Source: Acidimicrobiia bacterium | GTDB lineage: Bacteria > Actinomycetota > Acidimicrobiia > Spongiisociales > Spongiisociaceae | DNA: 64,000 nucleotides | Direction: 5' to 3' | Assembly (NCBI GenBank): GCA_003229305.1 | Contig: QIDH01000055.1 | Location: 3,240-67,239 of the forward strand | In this document: in pieces, positions 52,686 through 61,523 of the stretch | Layout: the number at the start of each line of letters is the position of its first letter | Position numbering within the stretch: position 1 is the stretch's first letter | Program-made: the position numbers and the translations under genes | Notes under the pieces: model-generated | What the model saw: the letters and a program-made list of their open reading frames with translations, nothing else | What the model was told of the DNA's origin: nothing | The model's database searches: none

Positions 52686-55600
52686 GTGCACGTTTTTGAT
52701 ACCGAGCCGGACCAGGGCGCCGTTCCAGCGGAATCGCCTCTGTTCGCTGACCTGAACCCTTCCCAGCGCGAGGCGGTGGCCGCCACCGAGGGACCGGTGT
52801 TGGTGGTGGCGGGGGCGGGGTCGGGCAAGACGAGGGTCCTGACCTATCGCATCGCCCATCTGGTTCGTGACCTGAACGTGCCTCCATCCGCGATTTTGGC
52901 GATCACCTTCACCAACAAGGCTGCGGACGAAATGAGGGAGAGGGTTGCGGCCCTGGTCGGCGGTGCAGTCCGCAACATGTGGGTTTCGACGTTTCACTCT
53001 GCTTGCGTTCGGATCCTGAGGCGCGAGGCGTCCAGGCTTGGCTATCGATCGTCCTTCACGATCTACGACGCCCAAGACTCGTTGCGAGCCATCACTCTGG
53101 CCATCAAGGATCTCAACCTCGACCCCAAGAAATTTCCGCCGCGCACGATCAGGGCCACGATCTCGGCGGCCAAGAACGAGCTGATCGACTACGAGACGTT
53201 CGGCGGCCAGAACAACGGCTACTACAACGAGAACGTGGCAGACGTGTACCGGCTGTACCAGCAGCGCATGGTCGAGGCCTCGGCGATGGACTTCGATGAC
53301 CTGCTGATGGTCACCGTCGAGCTGTTCGGCGCCTTCCCAGACGTGCTCGAGTACTACCAGGAACGATTCCGCTACGTCCTGGTCGACGAATATCAGGACA
53401 CCAATCGGGCGCAGTATCAGCTCGTCAAGATGTTGGCCGCCCAACACCGCAATCTGTGCGTTGTGGGTGACAGCGACCAGTGTCTCCCTGCCGACGTGCA
53501 GATCAGCACGCTTTCGGGTTCGGTCCGGATCGCCGACCTGGCGGAGGGTGACCGGGTGCTTGGAATCGGCGGCGACGGATCGGCGACTGAGGCAAGGGTG
53601 GCTGCGGTCAGGTCGTCTACCTATGCGGGCCGCCTGTACAGGGTGTGGGCCGGCGAGCGGACCATCGAGGGCACTCCCCACCACATCTTGCCGGCCCGCC
53701 TCGACAACCTTTCTGGGTCGCACATTGTGTACCTGATGTATAGATCTGACAAAGGATTTCGCATCGGCCTCACGCAATCCTTCCGTCAGAGCAATCGCGG
53801 GAAACGAGATATCGGGTTGAGGGTCCGCTCCAATCAGGAGCACGCTGACAAGGCATGGATTCTCAGGCTGTGCGACTCGCGGGCTGAGGCAAGTTTCTGG
53901 GAGGCGAAACTCTCAGCAGAGTACGGCCTTCCCACTACGTGTTTTCATTCGGTAGGGCGCGAGCTGACAATGGACCAACCCTGGATCGACCGGCTCTACG
54001 ACGAGCTCGATACGGTCTTGGCGGCAAAATGGCTCATGCACGACTTGGATTTGCACACTGAATACCCCCACCACCTTGCACAGAACGGGTATCGACGCCG
54101 AACGCTCAATTTGACGATGTTCTCAGATCGCCGGAACGCCGACATCGGCTATCACCGAGTCCAATGGTCCTCTAACCGTGCCGATGTGGCCGAACGCCTT
54201 CGCGAGGCAGGCTTTCCCATTCGGCCAGGCAAGTTGGACGGGACCTGGCGGTTGGAGACTTCACGCAAGAGCTACCCGGAGGCCCTTCAATATGCAAAGA
54301 GGGCCGCCGGGGCGGGCGGCCTGCAGATCGCCAGGCGGCTTTGCATCGACCGGATCATGTATCACTACACGCCGCTCTCCCATCTCCGGCCGGGGATGAC
54401 CATGCTCGAAGTCGTCGACGGTCTGGCAGTCGAATCAAGTGTCGACCGGGTCGAAATCGGCGACTGGCACGGCGAAGTATTCGACATCGAGGTGACGCCT
54501 CATCACACGTACGTGGCGAACGGGCTAGTCGTTCACAACAGCGTGTACAAATTTCGGGGCGCGGACATTCGCAACATTCTGCGCTTCGAAGAGGACTACG
54601 AGGACGCTCGGATCGTGGTGCTCGATCAGAACTATCGGTCGACCGAGACCATCCTCGACGCCGCCAACGCGGTCATCTCCAACAACGCGCAGCGCAAGCC
54701 CAAACGTCTCTGGACGGATCTCGGTGTCGGCGTGCCGATTGTGCGTTTCGAGGCGGAGGACGAACACGACGAGGCGGGATTCATCGCTGACACGCTTAAC
54801 CAGTTGGACGATCAGGGCGAGCCGGTGTCGCGCGCCGCGATTTTCTACCGGACCAACGCCCAGAGCCGAGTCGTAGAGGAGGTGATGGTTCGCTACGGCA
54901 TCCCATACAACGTCATAGGCAGCGTCAAATTCTACGAGCGGCGCGAGATCAAGGACGTGCTCGCCTATCTGCGGGTCATCGCCAACCCAGACGATCCGAT
55001 TTCCGTCAAGCGAGTGGTCAACGTTCCCAAGCGCGGGATCGGAGACACCTCGCTCGGCCATGTCGATCGGCACGCCGAAAATCAGGGCATCACCTTCTTT
55101 GAGGCCTTGCGGGCGGCAGACGACATTCCTGCCCTGAACAGTCGGGCAGCGAATGCAATCAGAGATTTTGTGACTGTGATCGATGAACTTGGCTTGGTTG
55201 CGGGTGAGTCTGGACCGACCGCCGCGGTTCAGGCCGTATATGACATGACCCAGTATCTCGCCAACTTCGAGATCGAAAAGACAATCGAGTCGCTCGGCAG
55301 GGCCGAGAATCTGCGTGAGCTGTTGTCAGGCACCGAAGAGTTCGAGAACTCGTCAGAAGGCTCGGTCGTCAACGGCGAAGAGTGGGACGAGATGGACGGT
55401 CGTCGCCGGCTCGAACTTTTCCTCGAATCGGTCAGCTTGGTGGCAGACATCGACGACATGGAAGATGATTCGCACGCCGTCACCCTCATGACGCTGCACA
55501 ACGCCAAAGGACTCGAATTCCCCAATGTGTTCATCGTCGGGATGGAGGACGGGATCTTCCCCCACCTGCGGTCCCTCGGAGATCCGGATGAACTGGAGGA

Positions 55601-55976
55601 GGAGCGCCGCCTGTGTTATGTCGGGTTGACCAGGGCCAAGCAGCGCCTGTTCCTGACCAGCGCCTTCTCGCGCATGCTGTTCGGATCGACCAACTACAAC
55701 CCCGCATCTCGGTTCCTGAAGGAGATCCCCCAGGGTCTGATGGAAGAAGCGGGCAAGAGAACTCGGCGGGCCTCGAAGGAGACAGCCGGCGGCGCGGTTG
55801 TGACCGTGGCCGGAGACGAGATTCAGCCGGGCGACCGAGTGCATCACGCCAAGCATGGCAAGGGCACTGTGCAGGAGGTGAACGGGATAGGTGACCGGGC
55901 TGAAGCCGTAGTCGATTTCGACGACGGAAATGCGCGGCGCCTACTTCTCGCCTGGGCCCCAATGCAGAAAACCTAA
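52686..55976 (+). CDS. pcrA: ATP-dependent DNA helicase PcrA/UvrD, intein-containing precursor (743-aa extein plus 353-aa intein)
   Basis: GTG start. Walker A AGAGSGKT, motif II VLVDEYQDTN, motif III split as VVGDSDQ | intein | SVYKFRGADIRN. Later UvrD motifs follow (QNYRS, TLHNAKGLEF, RRLCYVGLTRAK) and a C-terminal Tudor-like tail. Confidence 0.93.
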   Translation: MHVFDTEPDQGAVPAESPLFADLNPSQREAVAATEGPVLVVAGAGSGKTRVLTYRIAHLVRDLNVPPSAILAITFTNKAADEMRERVAALVGGAVRNMWVSTFHSACVRILRREASRLGYRSSFTIYDAQDSLRAITLAIKDLNLDPKKFPPRTIRATISAAKNELIDYETFGGQNNGYYNENVADVYRLYQQRMVEASAMDFDDLLMVTVELFGAFPDVLEYYQERFRYVLVDEYQDTNRAQYQLVKMLAAQHRNLCVVGDSDQCLPADVQISTLSGSVRIADLAEGDRVLGIGGDGSATEARVAAVRSSTYAGRLYRVWAGERTIEGTPHHILPARLDNLSGSHIVYLMYRSDKGFRIGLTQSFRQSNRGKRDIGLRVRSNQEHADKAWILRLCDSRAEASFWEAKLSAEYGLPTTCFHSVGRELTMDQPWIDRLYDELDTVLAAKWLMHDLDLHTEYPHHLAQNGYRRRTLNLTMFSDRRNADIGYHRVQWSSNRADVAERLREAGFPIRPGKLDGTWRLETSRKSYPEALQYAKRAAGAGGLQIARRLCIDRIMYHYTPLSHLRPGMTMLEVVDGLAVESSVDRVEIGDWHGEVFDIEVTPHHTYVANGLVVHNSVYKFRGADIRNILRFEEDYEDARIVVLDQNYRSTETILDAANAVISNNAQRKPKRLWTDLGVGVPIVRFEAEDEHDEAGFIADTLNQLDDQGEPVSRAAIFYRTNAQSRVVEEVMVRYGIPYNVIGSVKFYERREIKDVLAYLRVIANPDDPISVKRVVNVPKRGIGDTSLGHVDRHAENQGITFFEALRAADDIPALNSRAANAIRDFVTVIDELGLVAGESGPTAAVQAVYDMTQYLANFEIEKTIESLGRAENLRELLSGTEEFENSSEGSVVNGEEWDEMDGRRRLELFLESVSLVADIDDMEDDSHAVTLMTLHNAKGLEFPNVFIVGMEDGIFPHLRSLGDPDELEEERRLCYVGLTRAKQRLFLTSAFSRMLFGSTNYNPASRFLKEIPQGLMEEAGKRTRRASKETAGGAVVTVAGDEIQPGDRVHHAKHGKGTVQEVNGIGDRAEAVVDFDDGNARRLLLAWAPMQKT
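53481..54539 (+). mobile_element. Intein (353 aa) inserted in helicase motif III of pcrA/uvrD
   Basis: It begins with Cys (CLPADVQISTLSG, block A), has block B GTPHHILP, blocks F/G VFDIEVTPHHTYVANGLVVHN, and a +1 Ser. Removing it restores VVGDSDQSVYKFRGA. Length is 1059 nt, in frame. Confidence 0.9.
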
Positions 55977-56010
55977 ACCCTCGAACCCCTACGGCCGTTG
56001 TGGCGCGCAT

Positions 56011-56073
56011 GGAACCCTGGGTTGTACTCGGGGTTCCCACGGTCGCTATAGCGACCCTGGGAACCCACGGTTC
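56011..56073 (+). repeat. Double-hairpin intergenic repeat, copy A (forward)
   Basis: GGAACCCTGGGTTGTACTCGGGGTTCCCACGGTCGCTATAGCGACCCTGGGAACCCACGGTTC, starting 35 nt after the pcrA stop. Confidence 0.85.
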
Positions 56074-56139
56074 GCCAACCGGTCTGAGGCTGTTGCACGT
56101 TCGCTCCTAGGATCGAGCCATGCAGCGGACGGTTCGGAG

Positions 56140-57033
56140 ATGAGAGCAGCGGTCACAATCGGGCCTGGCGAGTTGGAAATCGTCGACACCGATCTAACGA
56201 AACGCAGGCCGGGCGAGGTGGTCGTAAGGGTGCAGCTTTCGATGCTCACCTCAACGGATGCGGCCTGGTTCCAAGCGCCGCGGGTCGATTTACTCCCTAT
56301 GGTCCAGGGTGGTCAGGCGGCGGGAATCTTGGACGCTGGAAGTCAGGGGTCGGGGAGCGGCCGCAATGTCGTGGTCTGGCCGTGGATGAACTGTCGCCGT
56401 TGTCGATCGTGTCGCTCAACGTCTAACGAAGTATGTGAGTCTCGCTCCCGACTCGGAATCGATCGGCCTGGCACGCTCTCCGAGATTGCGATCGTGCCGA
56501 GGGCCAACATCGTGACCGTCCCAGGCAGCGTCGGCCCAGCCGAGGCCCTTGCTGCGGTCGAGTATGCAGACGCATGGCGATTGCTCGCCGACGCGGGCAC
56601 AATTGGCCGACAGTCTCGGATACTGGTCGCCGGTAGCGGTCTACTCGCCGATCAGCTGGTCACCCTGGCCGAGCACATGCACGCCAGCGTGGCGAGGGGC
56701 GTGAGCATCCCCGGTTTGACCTTCACCCACATCTTCGCGATCAACGCGCCAATCGATGGACTCCTGCCAGCCTTGAAACCCGCAGGGACCGTGGTTGTGG
56801 CAGGCCACGGTTTGCCTGTAAGCGAAGTTGATCTGCGCTACCTGACTGCCGCCGAGCTGACGGTCAAGGGAAGCGGGCTTGCCAACACTGGGACCTGCGG
56901 AGATCTGTTGACGTGGATGGGTGAAACAGGTTTCGTGCCTGCGGTAGGTGACATCGTTTCGCTCGATGAGGTGGCAAAAGGTCTGGCCGACCTCGGAGGA
57001 TCGTTTAAGCCACTGCTCGTGTCGATCCGCTGA
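56140..57033 (+). CDS. Medium-chain dehydrogenase/reductase (zinc-ADH-like) family protein with degenerate catalytic zinc site
   Basis: ATG at 56140. GroES-like N-domain, structural-zinc Cys cluster CRRCRSCRSTSNEVC and Rossmann LVAGSGLLA. The GHE catalytic motif position reads QGGQ. Confidence 0.7.
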   Translation: MRAAVTIGPGELEIVDTDLTKRRPGEVVVRVQLSMLTSTDAAWFQAPRVDLLPMVQGGQAAGILDAGSQGSGSGRNVVVWPWMNCRRCRSCRSTSNEVCESRSRLGIDRPGTLSEIAIVPRANIVTVPGSVGPAEALAAVEYADAWRLLADAGTIGRQSRILVAGSGLLADQLVTLAEHMHASVARGVSIPGLTFTHIFAINAPIDGLLPALKPAGTVVVAGHGLPVSEVDLRYLTAAELTVKGSGLANTGTCGDLLTWMGETGFVPAVGDIVSLDEVAKGLADLGGSFKPLLVSIR

Positions 57034-57056
57034 ACGGCTGGTTGGTCCGCGACCTT

Positions 57057-57120
57057 CGAACTCGGGGCTCTGACGGCCGCTATAACGACCCAGGGAACCC
57101 TGGGTACAACCCTGGGTTGC
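57057..57120 (-). repeat. Double-hairpin intergenic repeat, copy B (reverse orientation)
   Basis: The reverse complement GCAACCCAGGGTTGTACCCAGGGTTCCCTGGGTCGTTATAGCGGCCGTCAGAGCCCCGAGTTC aligns along the full length with copies A and C. It starts 24 nt after the MDR gene stop. Confidence 0.85.
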
Positions 57121-57163
57121 AAACGCAGTACCGTTGAGGGTCACGACGGATGGAGTATTGGGG

Positions 57164-58276
57164 ATGTCGAACCTTCACAACCTGGCGGCTGTTGGCCAAT
57201 CGATCTGGATCGATTCGCTGTCGCGTTCCATCATCCAAAGCGGCCACTTGGCGGATCAACTCGAGGTGAACGCCGTGACCGGGGTCACATCCAACCCGAC
57301 GATCTTTGCCAAAGCGATGCTTTCAGGCAACAACTATGACGAGCAGCTGGCCGAGCTGGTGGGCCGAGACGCGTCAACGGACGAGATCTACACGGTCCTC
57401 GTCACCACAGACATTCAGGCCGCCTGCGATGTGATGCGATCGGTCTTCGATCGCACCGGCGGCAAGGACGGATTCGTGTCTGTCGAAGTCTCTCCTGAGC
57501 TTGCCCCAGACACGGACGGGACTGTCGCGGAAGCCCGTGATTGGGTCAAGCGGGTCGATCGGCCCAACCTGCTGATCAAAGTGCCGGCAACCGCCGAGGG
57601 AGTGCCGGCCGTCGAAGCACTGATCGGCGAGGGGATCTCGGTGAACGTCACATTGATCTTCTCCCTCGTTCGTTATGGCGAGGTGATGGAGGCGTATCTG
57701 AGCGGACTGGAGCGCTACGCCGACGCCGGCGGAGACGTTTCTACTGTCGCGTCCGTTGCATCGTTCTTTGTATCGAGGTTCGACTCGGAATTGGATGCGA
57801 GACTCGAGGCCCTAGGTACAGACGAGGCCCTGGCCTTGCGAGGGCTCGGGGCGGTGGCCAACGCCAGGGTCGCCTATCTCGATTTCCTCAAGGTTTTTGC
57901 CACGGCTCGCTACCAGAAGCTGGCCAAGCAGGGGGCCGCGGTTCAACAACCGCTGTGGGCCTCGACCAGCACCAAGAACCAGGCCTATTCGGACACTCTG
58001 TACGTCGACACCCTGGCCGGACCGACCACCGTCAACACCATGCCTGAGTCGACAATCGCCGCGTATCAGGACCATGGCCCTGCCTATCCAAAGGTCCTGG
58101 ACATAGAAGACATGACGGACGGCGCGCTGATTCTTGCCAGATTGGTCGATGTCGGCGTCGACTACGACGACGTCACCGACACACTCGAGCGAGAGGGCGT
58201 TGAGAAGTTCATTGTCTCGTTCCGCGAAATGGTCGCCGACATCGAACGCAAACGTAAGGCTCTTCTCGGGGGCTGA
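57164..58276 (+). CDS. tal: Transaldolase (long actinobacterial type)
   Basis: ATG at 57164. GQSIWIDSLSR, TSNPTIF, and the active-site Lys context LIKVPAT. Confidence 0.93.
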   Translation: MSNLHNLAAVGQSIWIDSLSRSIIQSGHLADQLEVNAVTGVTSNPTIFAKAMLSGNNYDEQLAELVGRDASTDEIYTVLVTTDIQAACDVMRSVFDRTGGKDGFVSVEVSPELAPDTDGTVAEARDWVKRVDRPNLLIKVPATAEGVPAVEALIGEGISVNVTLIFSLVRYGEVMEAYLSGLERYADAGGDVSTVASVASFFVSRFDSELDARLEALGTDEALALRGLGAVANARVAYLDFLKVFATARYQKLAKQGAAVQQPLWASTSTKNQAYSDTLYVDTLAGPTTVNTMPESTIAAYQDHGPAYPKVLDIEDMTDGALILARLVDVGVDYDDVTDTLEREGVEKFIVSFREMVADIERKRKALLGG

Positions 58277-58342
58277 CAGAACGGCTTGCACCTCACCCAA
58301 CGTGAGGCTCTACCTTGACGCCAGCCGATCAAGGAGAATGCA

Positions 58343-58828
58343 GTGCCATCAGACGCTTCCCGTCCAGAACCTGTCTCGCTAGGTGAGCACAACGGTTTCG
58401 ACATCTACCCGATGCCGATGTTCCTGACGCTGGCCGTCTCAGAGGTCGAGATGTCCGCCGCCTGGTACCAAAAGGCCCTCGGTTTCGGCACCATGTTCAC
58501 CATGCCAGGAGAAGGCCAGGCCCTCTCTATGGCTCACATCCGACTCGGAAAGTACCAGGACGTGTTGCTTGTGTCGGGTGAGGCAAGTGGCAGTCACGAG
58601 ACGTTCGCGACCCTGACGGTTCAGGATTCGAGTGCGATCGGCGACCTGGCCAGGGCGATCCCGAAGGTGGGGCGGTCCTCGATCGGGGAGACTGCGCAGA
58701 CTCCCTGGAATACGGTCGAGACGATGGTCACCGACCCTGACGGTTACTCCTTCGTGTTGAGTTCGCAAGGGCACGATGAGGAAATGAACAAGGCGATGGG
58801 CGAACTGTTCGACAGCGACGCCGGCTAG
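58343..58828 (+). CDS. VOC (glyoxalase/bleomycin-resistance) family protein
   Basis: GTG at 58343, 6 nt after AAGGAG. Paired beta-alpha-beta-beta-beta pattern with WYQKALGF and DPDGYSFVL. Confidence 0.7.
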   Translation: MPSDASRPEPVSLGEHNGFDIYPMPMFLTLAVSEVEMSAAWYQKALGFGTMFTMPGEGQALSMAHIRLGKYQDVLLVSGEASGSHETFATLTVQDSSAIGDLARAIPKVGRSSIGETAQTPWNTVETMVTDPDGYSFVLSSQGHDEEMNKAMGELFDSDAG

Positions 58829-58865
58829 CCGTTTTTTGGCCTGCCTATCACGCTACATTTGGGGT

Positions 58866-59261
58866 ATGCCACGTCGCATACTCATCGCCAAGCCGGGCCT
58901 CGACGGTCACGATCGAGGGGCCAAAGTCATTGCCAGGGCTCTGCGGGACGCCGGAAATGAGGTCATCTACTCCGGCCTGTTTCAGACACCTGAACAGATA
59001 GTCGAAACGGCGATTCAAGAAGATGTCGATGCAATCGGGCTCTCAGTGCTGTCTGGCGCCCACATGACGCTGTTTCCGAGAGTAGTTGAGTCACTACGTG
59101 AGCGGGATATCGATGACATTGTCGTGTTCGGAGGGGGCATCATTCCTGACGACGACATCGTGGCTTTGACCGAGGCAGGACTCGCAGCCATCTTCACCCC
59201 TGGGGCCCCACTGGGTGCCATCACCGAATGGGTTGATGAACACGTTCCAGATCGGGTGTAG
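58866..59261 (+). CDS. Stand-alone cobalamin (B12)-binding domain protein, acyl-CoA mutase small subunit-like (IcmB/MeaA C-terminal type)
   Basis: [34 protein letters not shown] contains the DxHxxG B12 motif. 131 aa from ATG 58866. Confidence 0.85.
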   Translation: MPRRILIAKPGLDGHDRGAKVIARALRDAGNEVIYSGLFQTPEQIVETAIQEDVDAIGLSVLSGAHMTLFPRVVESLRERDIDDIVVFGGGIIPDDDIVALTEAGLAAIFTPGAPLGAITEWVDEHVPDRV

Positions 59262-59321
59262 GCCCGGCGGCTGGTTCTACACTCTTTTCGGCGAATCGTC
59301 TCGGCGAAGGAATGTTGACCG

Positions 59322-60470
59322 GTGGATCTCTTTGAATACGAAGGCAAACAGTTTTTCGCGTCCTATGGCATCCCCGTCCCAGACGGCGAGGCGGCCGCGT
59401 CCGTAGAGGACGCCGTAGCCGCGGCCGAGCGGATCGGATTCCCGGTTGTGGTGAAGGCGCAGGTCCACACCGGCGGACGCGGCAAGGCGGGCGGAATCAA
59501 GCTTGCGTCTTCCGAGGACGAGGTCCGCCAGTACGCGTCTGACATTCTCGGCATGGACATCAAAGGCCACACCGTCAACATCGTCTGGATCGAGGAGGCG
59601 TCCGAGATAGCCGAGGAGTATTACGCCAGCTTCACGCTGGACCGCTCGAAGAAGCGGCACCTTGGCATGCTCAGTGCCGAAGGGGGAGTGGAGATCGAAA
59701 CAGTCGCAGATGAGAATCCTGATGCGATCGCCAAGATCTGGATCGACCCGATTGTTGGGCTAACCGATGATCAAACCCGTGGATGGGTGGCCGCTGCGAA
59801 CCTCAACCCGGCTGCGACAGAGGGGGCCGTGGAACTCCTCCAGAAGCTCTACACCGCCTACGACCAGGGGGATGCTGATCTCGTCGAGATCAACCCCCTG
59901 ATTCTCACTCCGAACGGCCAAGTGCACGCTTTAGATTCCAAGGTAAGCCTCGACTCCAACTCGGTATTCCGACATCCAAACTATGAGCGATACGACGCCA
60001 CCCAGCCGAGGGACGAGCGGGAGACCGCCGCCCATGAACAGGGCCTCCAATATGTGGGGCTCGACGGTTCGGTGGGGGTAATCGCCAACGGAGCAGGTTT
60101 GGCGATGAGCACCGTGGACGTGGTCAGCCAGGCCGGCGGGAACGCTGCGAACTTTCTTGATATTGGGGGCGGGGCCAACGCAGAAGTCATGGCAGGGGCA
60201 CTCCAAGTCATCAACAACGATCCCGAAGTGAAATCGATCTTCATCAACATTTTCGGCGGCATCACCAGGGGTGAAGAAGTGGCCAAAGGGATCGTCGGCG
60301 CCCTCGAACAGGTCGACATCGATTCTCCCATCGTCATCAGGCTCGACGGCACGAACGCTGATGAGGGTCGGGCGATCCTGTCGCCCCACCTTTCTGAAAT
60401 GTTGATGGTGGAAGACACGATGCTGAGTGCGGCCGCCAAGGCGGTCGAGTTGGCAGGGGGAGCAGCCTGA
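59322..60470 (+). CDS. sucC: Succinate--CoA ligase (ADP-forming) subunit beta
   Basis: GTG start. MDLFEYEGKQFFASYGIPVP, ATP-grasp domain, C-terminal ligase-CoA domain. Confidence 0.95.
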   Translation: MDLFEYEGKQFFASYGIPVPDGEAAASVEDAVAAAERIGFPVVVKAQVHTGGRGKAGGIKLASSEDEVRQYASDILGMDIKGHTVNIVWIEEASEIAEEYYASFTLDRSKKRHLGMLSAEGGVEIETVADENPDAIAKIWIDPIVGLTDDQTRGWVAAANLNPAATEGAVELLQKLYTAYDQGDADLVEINPLILTPNGQVHALDSKVSLDSNSVFRHPNYERYDATQPRDERETAAHEQGLQYVGLDGSVGVIANGAGLAMSTVDVVSQAGGNAANFLDIGGGANAEVMAGALQVINNDPEVKSIFINIFGGITRGEEVAKGIVGALEQVDIDSPIVIRLDGTNADEGRAILSPHLSEMLMVEDTMLSAAAKAVELAGGAA

Positions 60471-61354
60471 TGAGCATCTTCTTGGACGAAAATACCAAGG
60501 TCGTCTACCAGGGTCTGACCGGTTCGGCCGGGCGTTTCTACGGCCTTCGCAACCGTGACTACGGGACGCAGGTCGTCGCTGGTACCCATCCGAAGAAGGT
60601 GGGCGAGGAGGTCGACGGCATCCCGATCTTCGCGAACGTCGGTGATGCGGTGGAGGCAACCGGCGCCACTGCGAGCTGCCTGTTCATTCCCGCGCCGTTT
60701 GTAAAGGACGCCGTCATGGAGGCGGCCGACGGCGGGGTGAGCCTTATCGTTGTGATCACCGAAGGAGTTCCGGCTCATGATGAGGCGTGGTTCTTCAACA
60801 AACTTGCCGAGGACTACCCGGATGTCCGCCTGCTCGGGCCCAACTGCCCAGGCTTGATCAGTCCAGGCAAGGCCAACGTCGGGATCACCGCAGGCCACAT
60901 CGCCAAAGACGGCGGTCCGGTCGGGATTGTCAGCCGGTCTGGAACGCTGACCTATCAGGCTCTCTACGAGCTCAAACAGCAGGACATCGGGGTCACGACG
61001 TGTGTCGGGATTGGGGGCGATCCGGTGCCTGGCACGTCGTTCATCGATTGTTTGGCGGCCTTCGAGGCTGACCCGGAAACCAAGGCGGTCATGATGATCG
61101 GCGAGATCGGGGGCTCGGCGGAAGAGGAAGCAGCCGAGTTCATCCGTGACCACATGACCAAGCCGATCTCAGCCTACGTTGCAGGCGTGACTGCTCCTCC
61201 CGGTAAGAAGATGGGCCACGCTGGAGCGATCGTGTCGGGCGGAAAGGGTACGGCGGCCGCCAAGATGGAGGCACTCGAAGCGGCCGGAGTCAAGGTCGGC
61301 CAGAACCCAACCGAAGCCGGCGAGCTCATGGTCGACCTGGTTCGCCACCTCTGA
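60470..61354 (+). CDS. sucD: Succinate--CoA ligase subunit alpha
   Basis: Overlapping TGATG junction with sucC. GLTGSAGRF, SRSGTLTYQ and the phosphohistidine loop MGHAGAIVSG. Confidence 0.96.
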   Translation: MSIFLDENTKVVYQGLTGSAGRFYGLRNRDYGTQVVAGTHPKKVGEEVDGIPIFANVGDAVEATGATASCLFIPAPFVKDAVMEAADGGVSLIVVITEGVPAHDEAWFFNKLAEDYPDVRLLGPNCPGLISPGKANVGITAGHIAKDGGPVGIVSRSGTLTYQALYELKQQDIGVTTCVGIGGDPVPGTSFIDCLAAFEADPETKAVMMIGEIGGSAEEEAAEFIRDHMTKPISAYVAGVTAPPGKKMGHAGAIVSGGKGTAAAKMEALEAAGVKVGQNPTEAGELMVDLVRHL

Positions 61355-61362
61355 GCATTTCT

Positions 61363-61425
61363 GGAACCCTGGGCTGTACCCAGGGTTCCCTGGGTCGCCA
61401 GAGCGACCCTGAGCGCCCGAGTTCG
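61363..61425 (+). repeat. Double-hairpin intergenic repeat, copy C (forward)
   Basis: GGAACCCTGGGCTGTACCCAGGGTTCCCTGGGTCGCCAGAGCGACCCTGAGCGCCCGAGTTCG, starting 9 nt after the sucD stop. Confidence 0.85.
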
Positions 61426-61467
61426 ACAAGTTGCTCCTCGTGGCAACCCTATGTGTGCTGAACGTTC

Positions 61468-61499
61468 GGCTCTGGCGCGGGTATACCCGCGCCAGAGCC
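61468..61499. repeat. Perfect 32-nt palindrome GGCTCTGGCGCGGGTA|TACCCGCGCCAGAGCC
   Basis: Read directly. It lies 25 nt upstream of the folD ATG, with no flanking T tract. Confidence 0.9.
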
Positions 61500-61523
61500 T
61501 AAGGTTGCCGACCTGGAGGGCTG

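Noticed and set aside
52575-53843. 422-aa minus-strand ORF. Similar long antisense ORFs occur at 46871-47977, 59981-61153, 61174-61947, 42819-43835, 18468-19307, 21155-21910 and 26944-27708.
   Set aside because: All overlap confidently identified genes on the other strand or frame (pcrA, the cheA-like gene, sucCD, folD, the CPBP gene, the methyltransferase, tauE and the MFS gene). They show shadow-ORF composition.
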